Shown: positions 1-13,989 of the stretch, piece by piece
Numbering within the stretch: position 1 is the first letter of the stretch
Layout of the letters: the number at the start of each line of letters is the position of its first letter
From: Obrimoposthia wandeli
Taxonomy: Eukaryota
Direction: 5' to 3'
Length of the DNA stretch: 64,000 nucleotides
NCBI GenBank assembly: GCA_977020255.1
Contig: CDROCS010004515.1
Coordinates: 124,001-188,000 of the forward strand
Made by a program: the position numbers and the translations under genes
The notes under the pieces: generated by a model
Databases searched by the model: none
What the model was told of the DNA's origin: nothing
Seen by the model: the letters and a program-made list of their open reading frames with translations, nothing else

Positions 1-2
1 TT

Positions 3-520
3 GACAATGACCCAAAATCAAAAGAAATAAGAACACATATAAATAGATGTCGACAAATACCCAAAGAAAATACAAAAATAAAAAGTCACAAATATAACCT
101 GAGATCAACTAACAATAATACTGTCTTACAAATGTTAACAATAAAAAACTCACAGAAACAAAATAAAAATAATGGAAATCATCAGATAAAAAATACAATA
201 AAAATGTCGATAAAAGAAATCACCAAAATAATGATATTACTTATAATATATAATATAACAAATAACAACTTACACAAAGTAAATGCAACAGACATAAATG
301 ATAATCAGTAATAAATAAATTCGACTCAACAACACATATCATAAAAGATTTCAGTTTAATTACAATAATACCTGAAATCACATCATTAAAGTTAAAAATT
401 TCACTTCTTATAAATAAAACAGGAAATGTACAAATCATACAAACATACAGAAAACAAAATATAATTATTTTAGAAATAAAATCACAAAAATATACAATAC
501 CATTTCGAAGAAATCTTTAA
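3..520 (+). pseudogene. Possible 3' remnant of an LTR retroelement (integrase C-terminus followed by env-like segment)
   Basis: Frame 3 is open from 3 to ~309: ...RTHINRCRQ...KYNLRS... resembles Gypsy integrase tails, followed by hydrophobic MILLIIYNIT. Strong A skew. No catalytic motif visible. Confidence 0.25.
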
Positions 521-643
521 TAAAACCTATAAAAAGTAAAATGTTCAAATAAGTAATAGGAAAAAATAAGCATGTGTATATAGATATTAGTAAATGTATA
601 AATAATTTAATTTAGAAAGAATCATCCGGAAAAAAGATTCGAA

Positions 644-645
<2 letters not shown>

Positions 646-677
<32 letters not shown>
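646..677. repeat. (TA)n microsatellite, ~16 units
   Basis: Direct read of the sequence. Confidence 0.9.
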
Positions 678-680
<3 letters not shown>

Positions 681-1236
681 CTACAATTTAGAAATGAATA
701 AAAATCCCAAGCCTGCAGTCAATGCCATAATTTAAAAAGAAAAATCCAAAACATAAAACATCAACATGATGACTATTTTATAAAAACAATTAAACAAAAT
801 GATAAATTGAAAACGAACATTAAAAGATTGGTGAATGAAAATCTCAGCCAAAACATTGAAATAAATGAACTTGAACCATGAAATTAAATCTGATTCATAT
901 AAAATTGATGATCTTAGAATTGATTCTCAACGAAGATTAATTTTGGCTCTACAATCACAAACTCGACATTTGATGAATAGTCGATGAATAATCTGAAATA
1001 GGCTAATACAGCCAATATGATAAACTAGAAATATTGTACAATAAACACGATGAACAAAAAATTGTGATAAGCATGAAATTTTTATAACCTCTTCTTTATT
1101 TATTACATTAAAACCTTTAAATTTCATTTTTGACTATATAATTTTTACATAATATACAGACATCAAACGGTGACAATAAACCGGTGAACCCAGATAATAG
1201 AGTGAACAACCACCCAGAACGAACTGTCATCCTATA

Positions 1237-2146
1237 ATGTCAGGACTCCAAAATAATTTACCAAAAATAGAGATCTGGCAGAGATCTACTTATAAGAAAA
1301 TACGTCAATATAGTACAAAAAAGATGAAAAGTAGGACAGCAACAGAAATATTTGAAAATCAAACGCTTATTCCAAATAAGTTAAAAATATCCGAGGAAAA
1401 AAGGAAAAGCGTGATAACTTTAAAAATGGAAAACACAATAGAGAAAATCAATTTAAAAACAATAATAGATGATGAAGAAGGAGAAAAAGTAGAAATACAC
1501 GTAGCAGTTGCAGTAGCATTTAAAATGTGAAACCGATAAGATCCTAAATTTCTTGTTGATGAAAAATCATTCCTACACTTTAAATAAAAGGCAACAAAGA
1601 AATAATTACGAAATAAAGGTAGGAAAAGAACCATCCCTGCTTCCCATTGAAAGAATTGAAGAAAGTCATCAACAACAACAAATTAACACCATCCAATTTA
1701 AACCTACTCCTAAATTATACTCCATAGATTGTGAAATGGTTCAGTCTGTATATCGCCAACAAACTTTGGGCAGTGTAGCAATAGTAGAAGAGTCCGGAAA
1801 TTTAAAGTTAAGCACCATTTGTAGTCCGAGAAAAAGAATTGGTAAATACGTTGGTTTCGTCTCTGGAATGAGCGAAAAACTGATGGACGGACAAAGAGAT
1901 GCATAAGAAGTGATTTCAGAAGCACAAAATATATTAAGAGGAAATATGCTTGTGGGAGTTGACCTAAGAAATAATTTAAAGGCACTACAGTTAGAAAGAG
2001 AAATGTATTTCAATACGAAAGATTTGGGCGTCTCGGAGAGCATAAGAAATGAATTAGATCACAAATTTGAAATAATAGGATAAAAAAATATGATGAAATT
2101 ATATTTTAATGTTGATATACAAAAAGGTGCACATGATAGTTTAGAG
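1237..2146 (+). pseudogene. Intronless DEDDh 3'-5' exonuclease pseudogene (REXO4/ISG20-like) with unknown N-terminal extension
   Basis: ExoI IDCEMV, SVAIV, VSGM, LRGNMLVGVDLRNNLKAL and ExoIII IQKGAHDSLE motifs in register. In-frame TAA at 1904-1906, frameshift near 1530, truncated by a hAT insertion at 2147. Confidence 0.75.
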
Positions 2147-2558
2147 CAGTGCTTTTCAACCTTTTTGCTGGAGCGGAACCCCATGGAAACATTCCACTGG
2201 CTGGAGGAACTCCTGTGCAATAATTTAATTGTCTTATGCAAAAAACAGCATTTAATTAATAAAATGAAATGAAAGTACTTATGTTCAGAGTATTTATTTA
2301 CAATAAAAACACAAACTGTTAAAAAAATTGTACATGTTTGAATAGATTACATTTATTCTCATCAAAATCTCAATGAGAAACTTGAGCCTGGTGTTTCTTG
2401 CACAACTCTTTAATATTGGGTCTTGTTTTTGACAGACACACACGAAGTTCATCTTCCACAGACAGCAATTGTGCTCGCTTCTTGTGCTTGATGGTTGTCA
2501 GAGCTGAAAATCCAAATTCACACAAGTAGGATGTTGAAAAGAATTCGTTAAAAAGCAA
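2147..2558 (-). mobile_element. Truncated hAT (Buster/Charlie-type) non-autonomous element, inverted copy of the 5692-6350 family
   Basis: TIR CAGTGCTTTTCAACC at 2147-2161. Minus-strand FSTSYLCEFGFS...VEDELRVCLS...QAQVSH is a hAT C-terminal dimerisation region. The second TIR is absent. Confidence 0.85.
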
Positions 2559-3060
2559 CTAAAGAAAAATTCGTTGTGTAGCTGTCATAAGTGTATTACT
2601 AAAAAAATATTTAAAGTGGTACAAATAAATTGTACAGGATAATTTTTGTAAAAATTAACAAATAATTTTTATATAAAAAATATTACTGTTTTCATATATT
2701 AAATTAAGTATTTCGTGCGAAATAAACTTTCAGAACTTTTAAATTAAATTTATCAGTTAGTGTGATGAAATACATTAACATGATATAGAACCAGAACCAA
2801 AATGTTAAATGTCTTATATACAAAACCTTACATATAAATAACTTACATAAAAAATTTAATTATTAAACATTCTAAATATTTAATTTTGAAAATGCAAAGT
2901 AAATGTTAAGTAAAAGGATTTTTGTATTCTAGTCATTCATTTTTATATCGATTATTTAATTTCATTCCAAATTTATTTGTTTCTAATTTTTTAACATTAT
3001 TTAATATACCTCCTAGAATATCTCTTTAAAGTTTCTGTTTTATTAAATGTAAATTGTTAT

Positions 3061-3192
3061 ATTAGAATTGGCTAGTATGAGACGAGTGTCTCTGAGCACT
3101 ATATGTTTTAAATGTGCTTATTTAGTTTTATTAGAATTGGCTAGTATAAGACTAGTGTCTTTGGGCATTAAATGTTTAAATGTGTTTATTTG
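3061..3192. repeat. Imperfect 69-bp tandem duplication
   Basis: ATTAGAATTGGCTAGTAT...GTGTCT...AAATGTG repeated at 3061 and 3130. Confidence 0.65.
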
Positions 3193-5008
3193 TAAAGATA
3201 TTTTAAGATCTATATATTAATTTTGTATTTCTCATGTGATTTCTAATGGGAATTCTAAAGATATAATTGTCAAATTTAAAGCGTGCAATTTAAATGAAAA
3301 ATTTATAGCAAAATGTCAAGAATTCAATTTTGGGATCAACTCCTTAAATTTTGCACCAAAATCGACCATTAAAGCAGAAGTCCTGATTCCATTTTGAATT
3401 TCATCAATATTGAAACAACAGATTATTCTAGTTTCTAGAATATATATAATTTTTCATTAATTGATTGAAAAATATAGGTTCCACAATCCGGATAACCATA
3501 TAATTATTAGGTCACCAGATATCCGGTGTACTTTAAATATGTAACTAAAAACACTATGGCTACACTAAACGGCCACTTACATATACAGTATCAATAAATA
3601 ACCGTTAGAGAACTAGTGAGTAACATTCCCCAAAGAGAGCACACATATTATAAAACATTTAATATTATTGAAAAAATATTCAAAATCTTGTTAAAAAATT
3701 ATTGATAAATCATTGAAAAACTGCTGACTTGAAATATAAGGAATGAGGTTGTACTAATTATGTGTTGGTTTGAAAATCAAAACTTTTCAAGCAAATTGCA
3801 ATTTTTTGAAACAAACCATTGTTAAATTTTTTTTATTAAGATTGATTTAGTGTTATGTTTGTCACAGTGTTTTCTTTTTCGTTCCAGCAAGACTATCATC
3901 CAGACAAAATGGAAGAGTAACTGCGCGTGAAAAAGATCCCGTCTATGTCACTGCTGCACCGAGTGATGGCAGGAGCTGGAGGAAGACGAGAGAAGATACT
4001 GGATATAGTTATTATCGGTGTACTAGCAGCAAAAAGTAGGGAGAAATAATGCTGTCGGATTGTTGGCGTTATTATTCCAACCGTTTTATTTCTCTGACAG
4101 TTATTTCTGGCTTCATAGGAAATGCCACTGAAAAGTCAGAGATAACAAGTGACCTCCGTGATGATGGCCATGCTTCAGGTTCAAGGTGAATCAGTTAATA
4201 AGTTAGATTCAAAATTGTTTGAGGGTCTTCTACTGATCTTACAGTCATAATTATCTCTGCCTTTTTGGATGTTTATCCACTGCGAAGTCATAGATAATTT
4301 CACTGATCGACCGACTGAACAGCCAAGACAAGGAGAAACTATCAAGTATGTTGATCTGTGCAGTCTGACATTTACTGCCTGATTGAAGTAAATTTAAATT
4401 ACCATTTTTCCTAATTCGATTTTAATCAATATTTTTACTAATTAAGAACCTAATTATTATATCCCAAAAATGAAAATGTCCTCTTTGATTAACACAACAC
4501 ACACGTCTGATGAATATACTGAGTCTCCAGGCAAAATTTGAGCTTTAAAGTGCAATGGCACTTACTACTTTGAATTTAACTCATTTTCAAATACAGAGTT
4601 TTTATTAAAGATAGATGATTTTTTAAAGTAATTTTTATTGAAATTGCATATAAATGAAAAATAAAAATGTATTATATAGAATTTAGGAGTTATGGAGAGT
4701 TCACAGTATTAATGATAAGTTGATCTTTTTTCTTATTTATATTTCAATTTTTCAAATAATTTTTAAGTGTCCGAAAATTACAGAGTTGAGCCACGTGTGA
4801 ATTGATTTGTAATTATTTATATTCATATGATAATAAATTGTAATTAAAATTAATTTTATAATTTTTGGTTCTATATATATTTCAAATTACTTTTCGAAAT
4901 CTTTTGTGCATCAAATTGTAAGGTTATGTTTTTTTATTATACATGTACTTTTATTCAGTTACAGTTGAGAAATTGTTAGAAATAATTAATAGTAAAGAAA
5001 TAAATCTC

Positions 5009-5056
5009 ATGTCTGATCGATCCCGAAATGAAAAGTTAGCTTCAGCAAAGAAAAAA
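5009..5056 (+). CDS. GOLGA2: GM130/golgin A2 exon 1
   Basis: MSDRSRNEKLASAKKK matches the GM130 N-terminal p115-binding motif (KLAAAKKKL); followed by a 39-nt GT-AG intron. Confidence 0.85.
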
Positions 5057-5095
5057 GTATTTAAATACTCAAATATGTTTTATAAATATTTATAG

Positions 5096-5176
5096 TTGAA
5101 GAAATTTCAAGAAAATAATGGTAAAGTTAAAATGAATTCTCCAAAAAGTTCAATATTTGAATCTTCTATGGACAAG
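5096..5176 (+). CDS. GOLGA2: GM130 exon 2
   Basis: LKKFQENNGK...SMDK continues the N-terminal motif; AG acceptor, GTAACA donor, phase 0. Confidence 0.8.
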
Positions 5177-5691
5177 GTAACATATTTGATACATTTTGAC
5201 AGCGATTATAGAATTTCATTAGGTTTCAGTATTTATTTAGTTACAAGTATTGTGGATTTGTACCATTAAATGTAATTTATATAATAGAAATGGAAGTTAA
5301 ATTATTTATAAAAGGAAATTAACGACATTTAACCATGCTACTTGATAAACCGTGTAAATTAAAATAAGAAAGTAGGAGAATGCAATTGTAAACAAGCTGC
5401 ATTATATTTTAATTTTCTATTTTTGCGTAATCAAAATATGTTACATATTCAATAAATGCCTGATTTTTAAATTTCAATTAATTAAATGTTCGCTATGTAT
5501 AGGGCTGAATTTACCAAACTCTTAATATAATGCGAAGAACATTTTGCTAGTTTTTAAAATAATAGTGTTTTCTCAAATTCATCGTATTATTTATAATATA
5601 TTCTAATATTATTTCTGCTAGTTCTTAAAATGAAATTATTAAAAAAATATTATTAATAATCCTCATTTTAATTGAAATTATTAGTCTAATG

Positions 5692-6350
5692 CAGTGGTTT
5701 TCAACCAGGGTTCCGCCAGTACAGTCCAGGGGTTCCTAAATTTCTAAATTAGAACAACGAACAAATAAACGACATTTTAATTAAGTGGAATTTGAGCCAT
5801 CTGAAGAACAGTTCACATTAACAGAAGAATTAGAACTTGCCAGTGTTCTAAATAACAGGACATTAAAGTTGAAGCATTCTGAGCTTAACCTGAATGCATT
5901 TTGGTTCCTGGTTGAAAAGGAATATCCTGCAAATGCCCAGAAAGTGCTAACAATTCTTGGGCAGTTTTCAACCTCAACTTGTGTGAATTTTGATTTTCAG
6001 CTCTGACAACCATCAAGCACAAGAAGCGAGCACAATTGCTGTCTGTGGAAGATGAACTTCGTGTGTCTGTCAAAAACACGACCCAATCTTAAAGAGTTAT
6101 GCAAAAAATACCAGGCTCAGGTTTCTCATTGAGTTTTTGATGAGAATAAATGTAATATATTCAAACATGTACAATTTTTTTAACAGTTTGTGTTTTTATT
6201 GTAAATATATACTCTGAACATGAGTACTTTCATTTTATTAATTAAATGCTGTTTTTTGCATGAGACAATTAAATTATTGCACAAGGGTTCCTCCAGCCAG
6301 TGGAATGTTTCCATGGGGTTCCGCTCCAGCAAAAAGGTTGAAAAGCACTG
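5692..6350 (+). mobile_element. Complete 659-bp hAT MITE with transposase C-terminal remnant, in GM130 intron 2
   Basis: 15-bp TIRs CAGTGGTTTTCAACC / GGTTGAAAAGCACTG (1 mismatch); perfect 8-bp TSD GTCTAATG at 5684-5691 and 6351-6358. Confidence 0.95.
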
Positions 6351-9300
6351 GTCTAATGTAACAAACAGACAATATGCTTAATATTATTATGATAAGCAAC
6401 TTCCAGAAAGGGAAATCTTTAATTTTTTTCTCTCAAAACTGTCATAAAATATTAAAATTCTAATGTGACCAGAAATACGTTTATAAAGAAAAATATGAAC
6501 ATATTCAACATAATTACCTCAATTATCGTGGGTTTGTATTCGATTTCATGACGTATGCTTAGACACCAATAGTGGTCTTCTATTAGAATGGTGAGTTTCA
6601 ATTATAATAATTATGATGTGCATCTTTTTGACGAGTTAAAGAGGTATGTAAAGTAAAACGACATTTTATAAGGAATTTGGCACTGAATAAGTTTTCATTT
6701 GCAAACCTTAGGGTTTCTTTATGAATATACATTTGAATGAGAATACCTGCAATTGTCTGGCTTACCTTTGTTGGTCTTACATTACACTAGGTGTAATTTC
6801 AAAATAACGTAACGACAAATTTAACTTCATTTGATTTTTTTAGTATCTTAGGTAATGCCCAAAACTGATTAATGTACATGTTAAAACTGAAATTTTTGAT
6901 CCAAAGTCATCCTGAAAATAATTCTAGTCCCAAGAATTTCTACTTAGTCTGATAGGGTCGAAATCTTATATTTTTAGATGAGAAGTTAAATCTCAATGGG
7001 CTTGCTGTCTTTATTCATTATTGGCTTGAATTAAGAAAATATAATAAAGGTTTGGTGCGGAATTTTTTATTATGGTTGTCTAAATTTAGTTAAAATTATC
7101 ACAAGATTTAAGTGCAGAACCAAATTTTTTGAGGAATACTAGATTTTTCAACAGGATAACCATAATATCCAAACACCAAAAATCGCTCAAATGATTCATC
7201 TTTAATAATAGCAGAATTTTATGTATGTCCAAAATGTTTTATGGATATAAACATGACAAAATTAATATATTAGAAGATAAAATGTTTGTTGAAATGATAA
7301 ATGATGATTATAACTTGAGAATGTCTGGTATGTCAAGAACCTAAAACAGGTATGAGAGATTTAGTTTTTAAACCTTGTCTTTTGCATCCAGTTTCAAATC
7401 CGTATAAGTAACTTTAAAATTCTTATAAATCTAAAAAATGCGTAATTTCTAATAATACATAAAGTGATTATAATGATGATTCTATTAAATTTTAAAAAAT
7501 TAAATATACCTAACAGCAGTCAACATAGATTGGTAAAATTTACTAATATTCCAAAAAGTACATTTCGTTACCAAATGAAGATCCCGTGTAAATTTGAACA
7601 CTATGTTTATTATATTAAAAGTTATAATGGTATCATCGAGTAGATGAAATGGATATAAATAGGAGATTGTATTTAAAAAAGTCAAAATATAGAGTTAATT
7701 CTAGGTGTAGAGAAATCAAAAAACGAAATAATACCAATTATTTAACAAACAATATATTATTTCGAATTAAAATATTTTTTGGATTAGCGAGTGAGTTTGG
7801 AAGACTAAATGAGATACAAGTACTACTCAGAAAGAAACTGAATTGGTGGAGTGCGCCATATTGACATAATTTATTAGACTTGATTCTTCAAAAGATTTAT
7901 GAAACTAACTGATAAATCAATGGGTAAAACATTAGATGGTTAGATTGTGGATACATATCAATCAATGTATAATGATTTGAATTTCAAATTATTATTTAAA
8001 GTAGAAATTGCTTAAACATTGATATATTTTAATTGAGTATTATTTTCAAAAAGTTTATTTGCACGAAAATCATAAAGAATTTGATTACTTAAGTAAATAT
8101 TTCTTGAATAGCGAAGAACTTGTTTGTATTAGAAGAATTATTATTTTGGACAAAGTTTAGTGGTTGTATATAGAAATTATTGCACTTCGTTTATATATTT
8201 CGGTAGGGTTTGAATCATTATCTACAGAAAAACAGCTTATTCTCCAACAATTTTGTTTATTTCAGCAACGTTTTATAATTCACATTGGTAACATTATAAT
8301 AATATGATACAAGTTTTGGAACAAAAGGACGTCATTGAAGATTCTTTGGAAATACTTCAGAATCATATACCATTTGAATAGATTACATTATCAATGAACA
8401 ACTTTAAAAATGTAAATCTCTTTTATTTAAATAGAATGACGAAAATGCTTCATGAATACAGACGTACTTCATATCAAAACGTTCATATTTCAAATTTATA
8501 TTTAAACAAAAACACACAACAGACAGTTTATGTTTCTTCTTTTATTTTTGACCTTCGACTGAGGATATCATGTGATAAATCATTCAATCACTATTGTAAA
8601 CATACTAAAATCATTTAAAAATATTATAATTTAATATAGTATTTAAATATAGTTATATTTTATTTTAACCATCTCATACAAGATATATTCCCGACCGAGA
8701 AAAAGAATGACTCAGAATGAATTAGAAAGTCACGATTAAAACGTACAAAAATTATTATTTGAAAACTTTTTTAATCTTTGAATATACAATGAAACCTGAA
8801 TTTTCTGTGATTTTTAAACGACTCCCGTTATTGCAATTTAAACTTAATTGATTTGAATAGTATATTAATATAAACTAGATGAAATATATAACGCAAGTGC
8901 ACCTTATAAAATTTTAGTTAAAAATAGTTTCACAGCTTATTGTACATAATTATGGATTTCTTTAAGTTTTTTTAAATTTTTCTTTGTCATTATAAGTCAT
9001 TTTGATTAAAAATGTACCAATTTTAATCAATAAATGAATTATATGGTAATATTTTAGGTATGCATATATTTGTATTAGACAAAGTATAAAATTCCAAATC
9101 CAAACTGATTCTATTACATAATTACTTTTTAATTATTTTTAAAGTAGAGTTGTATTATAATAGTTTTTTAATATCAACATTATTAAATGAAATATTTGAT
9201 ATATAAAACGATTTAAAATTAATGGTAATGTTTGAGAAACTACTCTTTTCGTGAACTATATATGTTGGATACGATATCAAATTATATACTTTACCTTGAC

Positions 9301-10627
9301 GAAATAAAGTATCTTCTATTCTTTACATGGATGTTAAATTTAAAGAAGAATTGAATACATTATTTTAAATCTTGAAAGGTTTCTTAAATAAAAACAAATT
9401 TAATAATCCATAACAAATGCATATTTTTGTAAGAATGTCAAAGAATTGAATTCAAAAGATTTAAAATGAAAATTAATCTACTTATGAAATTTCTTTGATG
9501 TTAAGCAAAGTTAAAATAATTTATAAATACTCGAAAAAATAATTATCATGAAATAGTCATTCGGTAAATAATTAATTGATAATTATTAATTTTATTTTTT
9601 TAAATGTGTTCCAACAATTAAAAAACAAAATAATTTAATTTTTAAATAAAATTTAAAATAATGATATTAAAGCAAATTTTTATACATTAATATCATATTA
9701 ATATACACAACTAATTGTTCTAATTACTATTTATTAGATATGAGGCCAAAATTATATTATTGGGAGAACTTATATAGGACACATTGAGAGAAAGGTGTTA
9801 ATCTGGGATAGCAACTCCAGCATGAGTGCCATCAAAGGAGCCACTGTGTATAGAGTATCGTACTACATGACTGGATCTGGCCCAGTCCATCAGTGTTGGA
9901 CACTTATTCATGGCTCGATACAGCGCCTTGACTGGCTCTAATATGAGGTGAAGTTCAGGAGAGAAGTCAAAATCCTGCTCTGCAAGTTTGCTTTTTAGAA
10001 TGGTCAGATAGACTATTGCTATAAAATTTGGCTTGACGTGTATCAATTTTTGTGTCATTCCATTTCCAAAACATTTGTTTAATACTATTCGATACTATTA
10101 ATACAGAAAATTAATGGTATAGTAATGTTTAAACGTATTTAGTATATTTTAATTAAAAAATTATGTCTTTAAATTCATATACAAATTCATATTGTAAATT
10201 GTAATTATTTTAAATAATATTCTTATAGACTGTAAAAATTATTAATAATACATTTCTATATATATATATTGCTAGAGAATTAACTTGAATGATTATCCAA
10301 TTAATCTTTAAAAATTATAAAAACTTCAGGTGTGTCGTTATATATTTGGCTGACGTTTTTACTTTTAAAAATATATAATTGGCCATGTTTAAAACAATTG
10401 TTTTAGTTCTGTCGAATAAGGTTAAGGTATCGAAACATTTTATTGTAAACTAAAGTTAGTTCAAAGCAAGAATTATTTGAAACATCAAATGGCTTTGTTT
10501 TTTAGATTAAAATGTATATGCTAAAAATAAAGAAAATTAACTTATAGATAGTTTAACTTCCGATGTTTTAGTTTTTTGTTTTGTTTTTCCCTATCATTTT
10601 TTTTAATATGAGATTTATATTGTTTAG

Positions 10628-10680
10628 ATAAATCAAGTATCGAATTTCCAAGATATAATTGGTACCAAAACAGATGATAG
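10628..10680 (+). CDS. GOLGA2: GM130 exon 3 (predicted)
   Basis: TTTAG acceptor; INQVSNFQDIIGTKTDD; phase 0 in and phase 2 out; followed by a 37-nt intron. Low-conservation region. Confidence 0.55.
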
Positions 10681-10717
10681 GTATATATATTGGTTTTTGT
10701 TTCTGTATTATTATTAG

Positions 10718-10771
10718 AAAAATCTCTATCGTTGAGAATCATAATACCAAAAGTAACAGTGAAACTGATGA
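10718..10771 (+). CDS. GOLGA2: GM130 exon 4 (predicted)
   Basis: Phase 2 to phase 2, GTAAGA donor; joins exon 5 in frame (GA+A = Glu). Confidence 0.55.
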
Positions 10772-11152
10772 GTAAGAATTTATTTAATTTTCAATTAATA
10801 ATTTATACACATATTTTGTAAATATATTTTGTTAATTTTATTACATGCCGTATTTTAAAAAGAAACGCTCTTGAATAACAGACATCATCGAATAAGTGGA
10901 AAAATATTAGAAAACTAAGAGACGTTCATGAATAGGAGACACGCTTAAAGTAAGGTATTATAAGAGTAAATGCCGGTAAGTACAATAAATATTGAAATTA
11001 TGTTAGTTAATAAATTATATTATGGTATCTATTATGTTTTCTATATAAGTTCACCTCATAATTTAGAAAGGTTTACTAAGAGAATTAATTAAATAAATAC
11101 GTTGATAAATTAAAAAATATTATAAGTATGTGGAAATCTTGGTATATTCCAT

Positions 11153-11184
11153 CTAGTTTTGCCTACCAGGAGGAGGGTAGGCAA
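11153..11184 (-). other. Hairpin adjacent to CTAG; candidate Helitron/Helentron-type 3' terminus on the minus strand
   Basis: CTAG-TT then TTGCCTACC-N8-GGTAGGCAA (9-bp perfect stem; the stem overlaps the T run). Confidence 0.4.
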
Positions 11185-11439
11185 GCTTCTGTCCAATAAA
11201 ACCGTACATGTGTCTGGAATGAAAATTCGTGTGTATGGTCTTAAAATTAATGTTTGTGTTTGTTTATTTGTCTTGATCGTATGTAAATATTTTTGCGTGT
11301 AGTCCTTACAAATATTTTTGAAACTTTTTTTATGACCAATATATATTGAAAAAACACAAGGTAATTATTTCATTATCACTTCAATTTTGTTAAAATATTC
11401 AAAGTTTCTTGTATGAGTAGGTGAAAAAAAAGTGTTTAA

Positions 11440-12130
11440 AGTATAATTAAATACAAGTATGAATGTGATACAGTACAAGTACAGGTATGGTTCAATGCCA
11501 GTACAGTTATGAATGCATACAATTACAAGTATGGTTCAATGCCAGTACAGTTATGAATGCATACAAGAACAAGTGTTAATGAAGTAAAAGATTCAATGAA
11601 TGCTGGTGCAAGTTTGAATAAATGAGTCTGAATACGAATGAATACAAGTGCATGTATGAATGTGAGTGAATGTGAATAAGAGTAAAACTAAGAGGAAGTA
11701 AGCAACAGTAAAATTGATAGTAAGACTAAGGGTAGGTAAGTGTCAGTAAATGAAAACAAAAGGAAGAGTATGAAGGAATACAGGAGCAGTTATGAATGTG
11801 AGTGAATATAAATAAGAGTAAGAATGTCGTTGATTGAGTGCAACAGTACAAGTCGAAATACAAATGAATGATTGCAAGTGTAAATGTGAACTAAACTAAA
11901 TAAGAGCTAGAAAGTATGTATGCAATTGATACTGAATGATAGTAGAACTAAAATTGATTAAGTGACAGTAATGTTTATAGTAAGAGTTTGAGTGTTAATG
12001 AGAGTTAGTAAGTGATGTCTAGATTGATAGTAAGTAAGAATGAAAGTTAGATTAAATATTAATTAGAGTGATAGAGTAAGAGTAAAAAAGATACTGAGTG
12101 ACAGTAAGAGTGGAACTACAGGAATCACTG
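11440..12130. repeat. Degenerate hexamer-periodic low-complexity tract (TACAAG/TGAATG/AGTAAG), C-poor on +
   Basis: Direct read; a partial inverted copy lies at ~12685-12750. Confidence 0.7.
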
Positions 12131-13012
12131 GGGATAATTATAATCATATAACAAATTTTAATTATTTTTTATTGTTGATAATATATGATTTAATATAATT
12201 CGATTTATTTAAGAAAGAAAAATTTCATTTTTTTCAATCACACTATAAACATTCTTTAACCACATTTTTTGTTTTGTTGCCAAAAAAATTTACTTTAAAC
12301 ACTTGAAAGTTTTAAATAATACGGATCTTTCAAGTTTTTAAAAATTTCTTTAAAAATAATGACAAAAATAACATTCAAAAATATAAACTTTTATATTTTG
12401 TATTTATTTATTTTAATATTTATATTTTGAAAATTATTACATAAAGAATAGCTGCTAGTTTACTCATTAGATTAGAAATATATGCTTTAGCTGAAAACAA
12501 TTTGATATTAATTACTAAACTATTTTAGCGTCTTTATTTAATTTTTGTTTCAAAATTTGACGAGTATACTTTATACTTTGTCTAATTTACTAATTTACAT
12601 TTTAAATATAATTTTGTGATACTGAATACTAAATTTGTATTCTCAAGTATATGATGAATGCTTTCTTTTTTCATTGATATTTTTCTGGCATTCACTCACA
12701 TTTGTTCTTGTATGCATTCGTACTTGCATTGTCGATTCATTCGTAATTCATTTTACCAGATTAATATGAGGCACACATTTATAATCTACGTTTCAATTAT
12801 AAATTGTTTGATTAGAAAGTTTACAGTGTAGTGTTTCAAAATAATTATATTAAGTTGAAATATTTGCCTACAATTATATAGAGGATTTTTTGTTGGTACT
12901 TTTAATTATATAGAAATTTGGGCAACCTTTAAGTTCATACTCATTATTCATTTATATACAATTATTAATACCGAATTTTTGGAGTTCTTTAAATATATTT
13001 GGTACAATTTAG

Positions 13013-13139
13013 ACCTAATGCGACATCTGAGAGTTTTAAACAGATTTCCAGGCATCTACATGAAATTATAAGTTGTAGTAATTCCAGTTTGGACAAAGAA
13101 TCACAAATGGAGCTCGCAAATAATATCAAAGAACTCGAG
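13013..13139 (+). CDS. GOLGA2: GM130 exon 5
   Basis: TSESFKQISRHLHEII...NNIKELE resembles the invertebrate GM130 SESLRQLSRQL motif as I recall it; TTTAG acceptor, GT donor at 13140. Confidence 0.7.
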
Positions 13140-13989
13140 GTAGATAATTATTACTATTTAATATTATTTTGTAAATATTATTAGTCCTAACTATATATAT
13201 AGTTTTATTATGAATATTTTTGTACAGCATTTGATTTTATACTTTTTTAATTTCATGACACCTTAGCTTGATAGAATTAAATGTTCTGAACTAAGAATTA
13301 GAAAGTTTCGTTTTAATTGATAAATATAATTTTATTAAGAATAATTTTAAAATACAATAATTTTATAAGAAGCATTATTCATTTTAATAATCACAAATTT
13401 AGTAACGAATGTTATTACAATTACATATAAGTTTAATTTAAGGTCTAATTTCACTAACAATTTTTTTAGTTTGTAGTAGTGGCAGAAATCGAATTTTATT
13501 ACCAAATATAAATTTATTTATCAGAAAGCGTTCAATAAAAAATAACAAAAATAGATTTAAATAAGCTTAAATACAATTAAATCAAATCTATTCATAAATC
13601 AAAAGTTCATAGTCAGAATACAAAGATAATTTTGGTATATTATTACATTATCTCAAATAATTGTCTTAATGATAAAATATTTCAATAATTGATTATAAAA
13701 TGAATTATAATTAGCTATTTCTGATCTATTTTTCTTCTAAATACAGAAAAAGTATCTTAATCAATGTTTATTGTTACTGCAGTACATACATCCAATCGAA
13801 TTGTTTACCTTAGATGTAAAGCTGAATTTCAACGAAGTCATCATTATAATATAAAACATGAAAAAAATAAAATACAATGTGAGTATTTTAAGAGTATTTT
13901 TGTATCAAATTAATACTCAAACACGTCTTTAACTCTTAAAGTTCTTTATAATTAAGTTCAATTGTAATTTGTATAGGGCCTTTTGGTAT

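Noticed and set aside
3480-4400. Bel-type LTR/PPT and retroelement fragment
   Set aside because: A minus-strand GGGGAA-TGTTAC and GTAAGT are suggestive, but there is no partner LTR or TSD.
6490-6600. Extra GM130 exon ending at a GTGAGT donor
   Set aside because: Stops in all three frames from the nearest plausible acceptor.
9798-10058. Minus-strand ORF as a gene or transposase piece
   Set aside because: No recognisable motif, termini or splice partners.
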